This document shows positions 1-5,583 of a DNA stretch of 8,566 nt, in pieces. This stretch comes from a virus (lineage: Duplodnaviria > Heunggongvirae > Uroviricota > Caudoviricetes). Each line of letters starts with the position of its first letter. The first letter of the stretch is position 1. The notes under the pieces were generated by a model, which was not told the DNA's origin, did not search any database, and saw only the letters and a program-made list of their open reading frames with translations. The stretch lies in IMG/VR virus record IMGVR_UViG_2671180710_000015; one strand, given 5' to 3'. The position numbers and the translations under genes are program-made.

Positions 1-927
1 TCAGCTTTTCGCCAGAACGGTGACGGCCTTATCGAGTTTTTGCCATCCGCAATAGGTGATTGCCCTGAACGCTGTAGCGTCATTCTGGAAAAGGCTAACC
101 GTCCCTGATTCGGTTTTTATTACCGCCTCATCAGTTGGGGTTATAACCGTGGCTTCAACGTTAATAATCAGCTTTTGAGCGTCTATCAGCATCATGCGAT
201 CCGCCTGTTCGCTCACAATTACCGGTATTCTCAAAAGCTCTATCTGCCAGAACTCAGCATCAGTAAGCTGTAAGGCGTTTTCTACGGGCAAGATTAGCGA
301 CGACGTGGCAAGCGTGTTACCGTTCGCTATGTGCTTTTTGAAAAGCTCTATGAAGTTTTCGGCCTCATCAGCACCATTAAGCACGCCCTCAGGGGATACG
401 CCCGCCACCTCCTGGTCACTGGAAAGAAATTTTTTATCTATTTCTTTCACCGATTCCGATGTGATCAAGTCTCTGATCGCTGAATTGGCACCAGGGGTGC
501 TAAATTTGATTAGCTCGTTATTCAGCATCACAATAGCGCCAAGTTTGCACAGTTTTAGCGCACTTTCGTTTACTTCTCCCTCTTTGACAGGGATTTCTTC
601 GGCTTCTTTAAGCCATTTACTACCCTTGCCTGATATTGACTGCAATTTTGCGCCAAACGGAAGATTCAGCGCGCTGCTGATTAGCTTGCCTGGTACAGAC
701 TGCGAAAAAATATACTCGCCAAGCTCTCTTACTATCGGCTCTGCCACCAGCGACGGCATATTATCCGTAGTCATTCCGGCAACAATGGATTTTTCAAGAA
801 ATTTCGATACTGCCGGATCATTTTTTTTCGTCATTTCAATTGCGTCTGCATGGCTGAATTTACACGATGTAAGCACGCTGGCGGCGCGAACTGCCGACAC
901 GCCTTTCATGTTTTTAGAAATCATCAT
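1..927 (-). CDS. Major capsid protein, HK97-fold (Phage_capsid-like), 308 aa
   Basis: ATG at 927-925 lies 6 nt after AGGAGG; the stop is at 3-1, the window edge. By-eye match to the Phage_capsid family pattern: KWLKEAEEIPVKEGEVNESALKLCKLGAIVMLNNELIKFS, then FLSSDQEVAGVSPEGVLNGA, then C-terminal LFQNDATAFRAITYCGW. No long N-terminal delta/scaffold-like segment is evident. Confidence 0.85.
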   Translation of the reverse strand: MMISKNMKGVSAVRAASVLTSCKFSHADAIEMTKKNDPAVSKFLEKSIVAGMTTDNMPSLVAEPIVRELGEYIFSQSVPGKLISSALNLPFGAKLQSISGKGSKWLKEAEEIPVKEGEVNESALKLCKLGAIVMLNNELIKFSTPGANSAIRDLITSESVKEIDKKFLSSDQEVAGVSPEGVLNGADEAENFIELFKKHIANGNTLATSSLILPVENALQLTDAEFWQIELLRIPVIVSEQADRMMLIDAQKLIINVEATVITPTDEAVIKTESGTVSLFQNDATAFRAITYCGWQKLDKAVTVLAKS

Positions 928-1075
928 CTTCTTCCTCCTGGTAACATGGGGTTAGGGTTTCGTGAAAATATGGCATCAGAACAGCGGCAGCCTGTAACCG
1001 TATTTCGGTTGGCTGCTGCTTGTCGTTCATGATTTCCGTGAGTACATCAATAGGGTCTGTGATGTATTCGCTCAT
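914..1075 (-). CDS. Hypothetical 53-aa protein with an acidic C-terminal tail (MSEYITDPIDVLTEIMNDKQQPTEIRLQAAAVLMPYFHETLTPCYQEEEDDDF)
   Basis: Below the ORF-track size cut-off and translated by hand. The ATG at 1075 is 11 nt after the terS stop, with GAGGT upstream. The stop TAA at 916-914 overlaps the capsid start by 14 nt, a spacing typical of translational coupling. Confidence 0.45.
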   Translation of the reverse strand: MSEYITDPIDVLTEIMNDKQQPTEIRLQAAAVLMPYFHETLTPCYQEEEDDDF

Positions 1076-1086
1076 AGTTCGCTACC

Positions 1087-1575
1087 TCAGTGTTTTAAGC
1101 CAGTTGGTGGCTTAGGGATGGGGAACCGATTTGAGGAGACATTAGCGGCATTGAGTTTTTTAACCTCTTTTTTCCCAATGCTGCCGATCTTGCGGTGGGT
1201 GAACTGGGCCAGCTTAAACGCGGCATCTAAAGCCAGTTTTGGATCTGTGTCCATGTTGTCAATCAGTATCCTGCCCATTGCTTTGATGGGGTCGGGTAGG
1301 CCGTTATCCATCATCTCAATGGTGTTAATTGATGCCCGTTCCGGTGTAACTTTTTCGGTAACTTTCTTTGTAACTTTTTTCGGTTTTGTAACCTGAAAAG
1401 TTACATCAGAAGTTACAGCCTTAAGATACTTTTTCACCTCCGGATCATTGGATAGCTGCCAGCCTTTAACCCTTGCAGTCTTTTCGCTGTATCCCGCATG
1501 TATCGCGGCTTCCGTTGGATTTGTGCCCTTTGATAACGCATCAGCAAACCGCTTTTTTTTGGTCGTTAATGCCAT
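1087..1575 (-). CDS. terS: Terminase small subunit (Terminase_2-like), 162 aa
   Basis: The internal Met of the 201-aa track ORF (ATG 1575-1573) is preceded by GAGG 7 nt upstream. The N-terminus MALTTKKKRFADALSKGTNPTEAAIHAGYSEKTARVKGWQLSNDPEVKKYL matches the characteristic TerS HTH signature (..F...Y...GN.T.AA..AGYS.KTA...G..L). The upstream 39 codons of the track ORF cross repeats and a GC hairpin and look non-coding. Confidence 0.85.
   Translation of the reverse strand: MALTTKKKRFADALSKGTNPTEAAIHAGYSEKTARVKGWQLSNDPEVKKYLKAVTSDVTFQVTKPKKVTKKVTEKVTPERASINTIEMMDNGLPDPIKAMGRILIDNMDTDPKLALDAAFKLAQFTHRKIGSIGKKEVKKLNAANVSSNRFPIPKPPTGLKH
1344..1416. repeat. Cluster of six GTAAC/GTTAC-core repeats inside terS (candidate TerS recognition / pac-type repeats)
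   Basis: GTAAC sits at 1346, 1358, 1370 and 1388, each followed by a T-run. The inverted form (AAAAGTTAC / GTTAC) sits at 1400 and 1412. GTGTAACTTTT at 1344-1354 is identical to the two copies upstream of terS. The repeats encode the VTKKVTEKVT repeat in TerS. Confidence 0.6.
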
Positions 1576-1597
1576 GCAAAAACCTCGTTTTGAGGGG

Positions 1598-1620
1598 GTG
1601 TAACTTTTCGTGTAACTTTT
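1598..1620. repeat. Tandem GTGTAACTTTT x2 (12-bp period), 23-45 nt upstream of the terS start codon
   Basis: Exact 11-mers at 1598-1608 and 1610-1620, with a third exact copy at 1344-1354. Confidence 0.75.
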
Positions 1621-1647
1621 TTGAAAAGCAAAATTTTCTATGAATGA

Positions 1648-1706
1648 GACGGGGGGCGGTGTCCAGGGCGATCGACTTTCCGGCCGGAACACTCCCCCCC
1701 CCTGTC
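1648..1706. other. GC-rich dyad-symmetric element between the 53-codon ORF and terS (candidate cosN-like / structured RNA element)
   Basis: GAC-GGGGGG-CG-GTGT (1648-1662) pairs with ACAC-T-CCCCCCCCC-T-GTC (1689-1706). The interior contains the palindromes CGATCG and TCCGGCCGGA. No U-tract follows on the minus strand, so it is not a canonical terminator. Confidence 0.4.
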
Positions 1707-1866
1707 ATTGCTCACCGAGTAACGAGATCAGGCCTTCAACTTCATCACTCAGCTTGTTTATTCGTGTCTCAAGCTCTGCGATCTTTTCCATTAATGGCGC
1801 TATCGTGTCTCTTGTTTCCTCGCCAATGGCTTTAATGATGCTTGCCTCGCGTTCTGTGATAGCCAT
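1705..1866 (-). CDS. Hypothetical 53-aa coiled-coil-like protein (MAITEREASIIKAIGEETRDTIAPLMEKIAELETRINKLSDEVEGLISLLGEQ)
   Basis: Hand-translated and below the ORF-track cut-off. The ATG at 1866 is preceded by GAGG 7 nt upstream and lies 2 nt after the stop of the upstream ORF. The sequence shows a heptad-like pattern. Confidence 0.5.
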   Translation of the reverse strand: MAITEREASIIKAIGEETRDTIAPLMEKIAELETRINKLSDEVEGLISLLGEQ

Positions 1867-1868
1867 TG

Positions 1869-2063
1869 TTATTCCTCACCTGTTGCAATGCCCAGGCGTT
1901 CGCGTAACAGCACGCGAGCAAGATGGCCTACTGTTGGCGTGGCGGCTCTGCCGTATATACCAGCTTCATTCATCCGGCGAATAACATCGAATTGAAGTTT
2001 TTTAAGCTCGTTTAGGATCTCGTGATCAATCATCACGGTAGCGCTTTGCTTTATCTGTTCCAC
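1869..2063 (-). CDS. Hypothetical 64-aa protein, possibly ribbon-helix-helix-like; first gene of the putative late operon
   Basis: GTG start at 2063-2061 with AGGAGG 7 nt upstream. The strand-helix-helix pattern is ATVMIDHEILNELKKL...PTVGHLARVLLRERL. The fold assignment is a by-eye inference only. Confidence 0.6.
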   Translation of the reverse strand: MEQIKQSATVMIDHEILNELKKLQFDVIRRMNEAGIYGRAATPTVGHLARVLLRERLGIATGEE

Positions 2064-2150
2064 TTTGTTTCCTCCTGATGCTTATCATCTCATAATCATT
2101 ATTTTCGATAGATTATAATCAATCAACCATTTTTAAAGATATGTGAGATC
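2064..2150 (-). promoter_or_regulatory. A+T-rich putative late-operon promoter region with a perfect TATAAT
   Basis: The minus-strand TATAAT (2117-2112) lies inside the palindrome GATTATAATC (2111-2120). The region sits immediately downstream of a strong terminator and upstream of the AGGAGG-GTG start. There is no good -35 hexamer, which suggests activator dependence. Confidence 0.4.
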
Positions 2151-2175
2151 GAAAAAAAGCCGGATTGCTCCGGCT
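2151..2175 (-). terminator. Rho-independent terminator ending the early/replication operon
   Basis: The minus-strand RNA reads AGCCGGA-GCAA-UCCGGCU followed by UUUUUU. This is a 7-bp GC-rich stem with a GNRA loop, 6 nt after the PerC-like stop codon. Confidence 0.85.
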
Positions 2176-2181
2176 ATGTGC

Positions 2182-2454
2182 TTAGCTGTCTGGGTAATTA
2201 CGCCATACTTCATCGCCTGCACCATCTATACCCATTTCAGCATAAGTGCGATCGACTGCCTTTCTCAGGTCTCCGAAGTTATCCGGCGGCTCCGGTGGCT
2301 TCTGTGCCTTCCTGGAACATTCCAGCCGTCGCATCGTAACCTGATACCGTTCCTTGTCTGTCTCCACCAGCTGCATGACTTCACCCCATCGCGCCGCCGC
2401 CCTCCGGTAAAATCCTTTCGCCTCGAGTTCCTCCGCTATGCGGTCATGTACCAT
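2182..2454 (-). CDS. PerC-family-like transcriptional activator, 90 aa
   Basis: Start chosen at the internal Met (ATG 2454-2452), 10 nt after the ssb stop and preceded by GGGGGTGAGG. The N-terminus MVHDRIAEELEAKGFYRRAAARWGEVM resembles the PerC/Pch signature (..AE.LE..G.YRRAA.RW..VM). The longer track ORF (to 2562) would overlap ssb by 98 nt. Confidence 0.6.
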   Translation of the reverse strand: MVHDRIAEELEAKGFYRRAAARWGEVMQLVETDKERYQVTMRRLECSRKAQKPPEPPDNFGDLRKAVDRTYAEMGIDGAGDEVWRNYPDS

Positions 2455-2464
2455 CCTCACCCCC

Positions 2465-2863
2465 TCAGAACGGAATACCATCACCGTAAGGGTCATCGCC
2501 TCCCGCTGGTGGCTGATTACCCTGTGTGCCTGTGGTTTTGCGTCTGTTCCCGCCTCGGGCACTGATTACGCTGTCTGCGATAACCTGCCAGCCCTGCCGC
2601 GTTTCGCCGTTCTGGCCTGTCCACTGGCTTACCTGCATCGTGCCGGATACGCTGGCAACATCGCCTTTTTGATGTTTAGCCAGGAAGTCGGCCTGTTTGC
2701 CAAATGCGATGACCGATAACCATAACGTCGCCTGTCCGTCCTGTGCCTGGCTGCATGGCAAAGATACCGCCATACGCGCCAGCGTCATCGGTGTGCCCTT
2801 GCTGGTCTGTTTTACCTGCGGGTCGTCCACCAGCCGCCCGTAAGCGGCTATCTGTGCCGTCAT
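2465..2863 (-). CDS. ssb: Single-stranded DNA-binding protein, 132 aa
   Basis: OB-fold pattern (GRLVDDPQVKQTSKGTPMTLARMAV...LWLSVIAFGKQADFLAKHQKGDVASVSGTMQVSQW). A Gly/Pro/Gln-rich linker precedes the canonical acidic tip ending DGIPF. The start overlaps the upstream stop as ATGA. Confidence 0.9.
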   Translation of the reverse strand: MTAQIAAYGRLVDDPQVKQTSKGTPMTLARMAVSLPCSQAQDGQATLWLSVIAFGKQADFLAKHQKGDVASVSGTMQVSQWTGQNGETRQGWQVIADSVISARGGNRRKTTGTQGNQPPAGGDDPYGDGIPF

Positions 2864-3111
2864 AATTCCACCTCTCCGGTTTTAACGTTGATGGTTGTTA
2901 CCTGTTCCGCTTCGGCAATCTCCCGTTCTGTCAGCGTGGCAAAGTTTGCCGCCGCCGTGGTCATGAATGCGCTTATCAGGTCGGGATGTTCCTTCGCGTA
3001 TCCTTCCCGCGTGTGGCGGTCTATCGTTCTGATTGCCACCTTTAAGGTGTGCTCAGTCATGTCTAACGCTTTATATTTTGGCTCTGTTCTGTCTCTGCGT
3101 TTTTGGGTCAT
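2860..3111 (-). CDS. Hypothetical protein, 83 aa (alternative start at 3141 gives 93 aa)
   Basis: The ATG at 3111 has GAGAGG about 9 nt upstream and leaves all origin iterons non-coding. The 3141 start would place two iterons inside the ORF. No recognisable family. Confidence 0.55.
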   Translation of the reverse strand: MTQKRRDRTEPKYKALDMTEHTLKVAIRTIDRHTREGYAKEHPDLISAFMTTAAANFATLTEREIAEAEQVTTINVKTGEVEL

Positions 3112-3123
3112 TTCTCGCAACCT

Positions 3124-3314
3124 CTCACTTTTTCGCCTCACTTTTTCAAGCGTCTCACTTCGTCGCAGTTGGGATTTTCGGTTTTTCTATGTGTGTGTTT
3201 CATAAGTATTTTTTTACCCCCTCACTTTTGAGGATGTATACAGGTCGAAAAGTGAGGGAGAGCGGGCTAATTTTGGCCCTCTTTCTATCCCCCTCGCTTT
3301 TGCTCCTCACTTTT
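3124..3314. repeat. Putative replication origin: seven (C)CTCACTTTT iterons in two clusters flanking an A+T-rich spacer
   Basis: CTCACTTTTT occurs at 3124 and 3137, CTCACTTC at 3154 and CTCACTTTTG at 3221. An inverted AAAAGTGAG lies at 3248-3256, CTCGCTTTTG at 3293 and CTCACTTTTA at 3306. The A+T-rich stretch gtgtgtgtttcataagtattttttta lies at about 3190-3217. The element is directly 3' of the helicase gene. Confidence 0.7.
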
Positions 3315-4710
3315 ATAGCGGCGCTACATCATCCCCATCGATACGAATAACCCCATCTTTTTCCAGCTTGTACAGCCAGCGCCGGAAGTTTTTCATTTCA
3401 TACCCCAGCTTTTTCATGTCATCACGTAACAGCGGGATCGTGCACTTGTCGCCGTTCTGTGTGCGTGAACGGATGCACCCCCATAGCGCGGTATGGTTTT
3501 CCGTCTTGTTCCCTGCCTCCTCGATGCGCTCCAGTTCAACAGGAGGGCGCGGATCATCCACCACCACCAGCGACGTGATTAATTCACCGTCAGCGTCGGT
3601 AAAAAGCTCCACCACGCGTAAGTCATATGCGGCTTCTTTGAGTTCCTCCGCGTCCTTCATTTTGGTGCATGAGATAACCAGCGCTTCGCTTCCTGCGTCC
3701 TCCCTGCGTATCCGGTATTCAGCATCCAGCGAAGCACGAAATGCACTGGAACCGCGCGCGCCTTTCGTCTCATCCTTGCCGGAATGGTGAACCACCAGCA
3801 CCGTGGCCCCTGTGCGTCGTTTAAGCTCGTCACAACCACGGATAAACGCCCCCATATCACGGGAATCATTTTCATCATTCCCACCAAAGCAACGCGCCAG
3901 AGTATCCAGAATAATCATGCGTACAGGTTTACCCGTTTCCCGCTCCACCTGACGGGCAGCGATAACCATTTCATCAACATCAAGCGGGGCAGCCGGAAAG
4001 ATGGGACGGTTTACCAGATACAGATTTTTCACCTGTTCACCGTGCACAACCTCCCAGGCTTTTACACGACGCGGAACGCCGATACCGCCTTCACCAACCA
4101 CATAGAGAACCGCACCATGCGCCACCCTGCGGCCTCCCCACTGGCGGCCCGTGGAAACGTGACACGCCCACGATCCGGCAAGGAATGATTTATAGGAACC
4201 GCTCGCCCCGTATATGCTGCAAAGCGATACCGCCGGAATAATTCCCTTCACCACGTAATCAAGCTGCGTGTCGTATCCGGCAGATCCCACGCTCATTGGT
4301 AGCTTGGTTTTTCGCTGGTGGCTCAGGCTTTCCCCGCGTTCCCATGTCTCCCTAAGCCGTGGAAGCTGGTCGCTCCATTCCTCCAGCAATTCGAAATTTT
4401 CAGAAAACAGGCGCGCTTCCTGGACTCCTGCGATTGCCAGTTTCGTGGCGATGGTTAACAACTGCACTTCGTCAATATTTCCGGCACGTATCACTTTCGC
4501 CCTGTATCGCCCATCATCCACAATCTGGAGGTTATCCAGTTCGCTTAACTGATAACGCCCCAGGTAAACGGGAGGGACTGGATCGCCTGCTTTTTTGGCC
4601 TGTGCAATGATGTAGTACTCTGCAAATGAGTGAGCATTATCACCCGCAAAAATAACCGCTTCGGTGTGTTTATCTTTCGGTAACAGTTTTACGTTCGGTG
4701 CCAGTTTCAT
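3313..4710 (-). CDS. Replication initiator/helicase, RepA-like RecA-fold ATPase (AAA_25-type), 465 aa
   Basis: The central domain has Walker A-like GASGSYKS, then GAVLYVVGEGG, Walker B MIILDTL and the sensor block VLVVHHSGKDETKGARGSSAF. The roughly 150-aa N-terminal domain has no recognised fold. The roughly 80-aa C-terminal domain (..FRRWLYKLEKDGVIRI) looks winged-helix-like. No primase motifs were seen. Confidence 0.85.
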   Translation of the reverse strand: MKLAPNVKLLPKDKHTEAVIFAGDNAHSFAEYYIIAQAKKAGDPVPPVYLGRYQLSELDNLQIVDDGRYRAKVIRAGNIDEVQLLTIATKLAIAGVQEARLFSENFELLEEWSDQLPRLRETWERGESLSHQRKTKLPMSVGSAGYDTQLDYVVKGIIPAVSLCSIYGASGSYKSFLAGSWACHVSTGRQWGGRRVAHGAVLYVVGEGGIGVPRRVKAWEVVHGEQVKNLYLVNRPIFPAAPLDVDEMVIAARQVERETGKPVRMIILDTLARCFGGNDENDSRDMGAFIRGCDELKRRTGATVLVVHHSGKDETKGARGSSAFRASLDAEYRIRREDAGSEALVISCTKMKDAEELKEAAYDLRVVELFTDADGELITSLVVVDDPRPPVELERIEEAGNKTENHTALWGCIRSRTQNGDKCTIPLLRDDMKKLGYEMKNFRRWLYKLEKDGVIRIDGDDVAPL

Positions 4711-5006
4711 TTTTTACCCCTGAATCCGTTAATCATGGTTTTCAGCTTCTGGATGTTTTCCCGTGCTCTGGCGTTGCTGGTGGGCACGTTATGCGGCGCG
4801 GTCTGTACCAGAGAAAAATCACGCCGGAACTGATAAACAGGCATCACGCAATCATATTCGTAACCTTCACGGCGGTAAGTTACGCACCGTCCCGCCACGC
4901 CCTTAATCATTACCGTGCCGCCGTACTGGTCGCGGTAAATATCACCGCGCGTAAATTTAGGGTGAGTGTTGCCACTGGCAGTTAAGCCAGAATATTTAAG
5001 TTTCAT
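4707..5006 (-). CDS. Hypothetical 99-aa protein, DUF4222-like by eye
   Basis: GGAG lies upstream of the ATG at 5006, and the stop overlaps the helicase start as ATGA. The segment GDIYRDQYGGTVMIKGVAGRCVTYRREGYEYDCVMPVYQFRRDF resembles the small DUF4222 prophage proteins. The family call has low confidence. Confidence 0.55.
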   Translation of the reverse strand: MKLKYSGLTASGNTHPKFTRGDIYRDQYGGTVMIKGVAGRCVTYRREGYEYDCVMPVYQFRRDFSLVQTAPHNVPTSNARARENIQKLKTMINGFRGKK

Positions 5007-5011
5007 TATTT

Positions 5012-5239
5012 TTATTCTCCGGTGTGGGGCGCTTTATTATTTTCGATAATATCCATTGCCTTATCCAGTTCATCAATAACAGGCGATAGTAATGTCTGAA
5101 TGGCTGCAAACATTAATGACGAAGATTCTTCGCCAGATTCCGGCACTTCAATTAATTTGCCTAACAACGCATTCATTTCCTTTGCGCGGATTAATGCGTT
5201 TTCAGAATGAATAAGAACATCAAAGGGTATTTTATGCAT
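5012..5239 (-). CDS. Hypothetical 75-aa acidic helical protein in a markedly A+T-rich gene
   Basis: The ATG overlaps the stop of the upstream gene (ATGCATAA) with a GGGGTGAG SD-like sequence upstream. A hand count gives 13 Asp/Glu against 6 Lys/Arg. There is no family match by eye. Confidence 0.55.
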   Translation of the reverse strand: MHKIPFDVLIHSENALIRAKEMNALLGKLIEVPESGEESSSLMFAAIQTLLSPVIDELDKAMDIIENNKAPHTGE

Positions 5240-5429
5240 GACTCACCCCCTGGCGAATACGGGCGGCGAATACAGCAACACAACCGGACGGGCAACGGCT
5301 ACGCGCTTCGCGTTCCGTCCAGGCGGTTACGTGGATGATTTGAGATTCTCCGGCACTCAGTGCCAGAAAACGCCACACAAAGGCCGTTTGTGTGTGTGCT
5401 AGTCGTGGGGTATGATTTACGGCAACCAT
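5232..5429 (-). CDS. Icd-like (host cell division inhibitor-like) small protein, 65 aa; first gene of the leftward operon
   Basis: GAGAGG lies 7 nt upstream of the ATG at 5429. The pattern FVWRFLAL...IIHVTAWTEREARS....VAVFAARI recalls the Icd-like proteins annotated in P4-like elements. The call is from memory, not from a search. Confidence 0.5.
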   Translation of the reverse strand: MVAVNHTPRLAHTQTAFVWRFLALSAGESQIIHVTAWTEREARSRCPSGCVAVFAARIRQGVSHA

Positions 5430-5501
5430 AAATTTACCTCTCTATAGTGTTTGTGGTTAGACGCCCTGCATGTGTTCCAGCACTGTGGGGCGTTGTTTTT
5501 T
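5373..5501. repeat. Copy A of a duplicated leader module (5' end of the Icd-like gene, its SD, and a terminator-like hairpin)
   Basis: It shares ordered blocks with 6081-6240 on the plus strand. The blocks are CGTTTGTGTGTGT (5385-5397), CCAT (5426-5429), TTACCTC (5434-5440), TGGTTAGA (5454-5461), and a GCCC..GGGC stem with a T-run (5462-5501). It also contains the hairpin CACACAAA-ggccg-TTTGTGTG (5374-5394). Confidence 0.7.
5462..5501 (+). terminator. Plus-strand terminator-like hairpin antisense to the leader of the leftward operon
   Basis: CGCCCUGCA (5462-5470) pairs with UGUGGGGCG (5484-5492); two of these pairs are G-U. TTGTTTTTT follows. No upstream plus-strand promoter could be identified by eye. 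Confidence 0.4.
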
Positions 5502-5502
5502 G

Positions 5503-5547
5503 GTGCAAGTCACCTTGAAATCTAGGTTACTTTTAGGTGACTTGCAC
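5503..5547. promoter_or_regulatory. Perfect 13-bp inverted repeat (candidate operator) in the divergent control region
   Basis: GTGCAAGTCACCT (5503-5515) and AGGTGACTTGCAC (5535-5547) are separated by 19 bp. The arms bracket the -10 and overlap the spacer and -35 of the proposed leftward promoter. Confidence 0.6.
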
Positions 5548-5572
5548 TTCAAGTCTTTTTTTATTTTTTTTT
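5524..5572 (-). promoter_or_regulatory. Proposed leftward operon promoter (P-left) with an UP-like A-tract
   Basis: On the minus strand, TTGAAG (5552-5547), a 17-nt spacer and TAACCT (5529-5524). It is preceded by A9-T-A7 (the complement of the T7-A-T9 tract at 5556-5572). Confidence 0.4.
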
Positions 5573-5583
5573 CTCCGTATACT
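5556..5583 (+). promoter_or_regulatory. Proposed rightward promoter for the first RHH-like gene
   Basis: TATACT at 5578-5583 lies 30 nt upstream of the ATG at 5614. The -35 position falls in the T7-A-T9 tract, so there is no consensus -35. Confidence 0.3.

Noticed and set aside
194-955. A 253-aa plus-strand ORF antisense to the capsid gene. Similar plus-strand ORFs lie at 1118-1396, 1640-1984, 2143-2565, 2438-2719, 2888-3350, 3368-4610, 4698-4985, 6947-7213, 7743-8015 and 8049-8426.
   Set aside because: They are shadow ORFs opposite well-supported minus-strand genes. They have low-complexity Ser/Leu/Cys/Arg-rich translations and no SDs.
1576-1692. N-terminal 39-codon extension of terS in the ORF track (MFRPESRS...KRGFC).
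   Set aside because: It crosses the GC-rich dyad and the tandem GTGTAACTTTT repeats and has no SD at 1692. The TerS family signature begins at the internal Met, which has a well-spaced GAGG.
1694-1702. A C9 (G9 on the coding strand) homopolymer, considered as a slipped-strand phase-variation switch.
   Set aside because: It lies just outside the adjacent ORF, after its stop codon. It forms one arm of the GC-rich dyad by pairing with the G6 tract at 1651-1656. A structural role is more parsimonious than frame switching.
2455-2562. Longer form of the PerC-like ORF overlapping ssb by 98 nt.
   Set aside because: The family-like N-terminus begins at Met37, which lies 10 nt after the ssb stop and has an SD. 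The upstream part looks like a shadow of the ssb C-terminal coding region.
3112-3141. Upstream start (ATG 3141) for the ORF downstream of the origin.
   Set aside because: It would place two origin iterons inside the coding sequence and has a poorer SD than the ATG at 3111. It is kept only as an alternative.
5465-5480. A sigma54-like TGGAAC...GCA motif on the minus strand upstream of the Icd-like gene.
   Set aside because: The GG-to-GC spacing is 7 nt instead of the required 10, so it does not fit the -24/-12 geometry.
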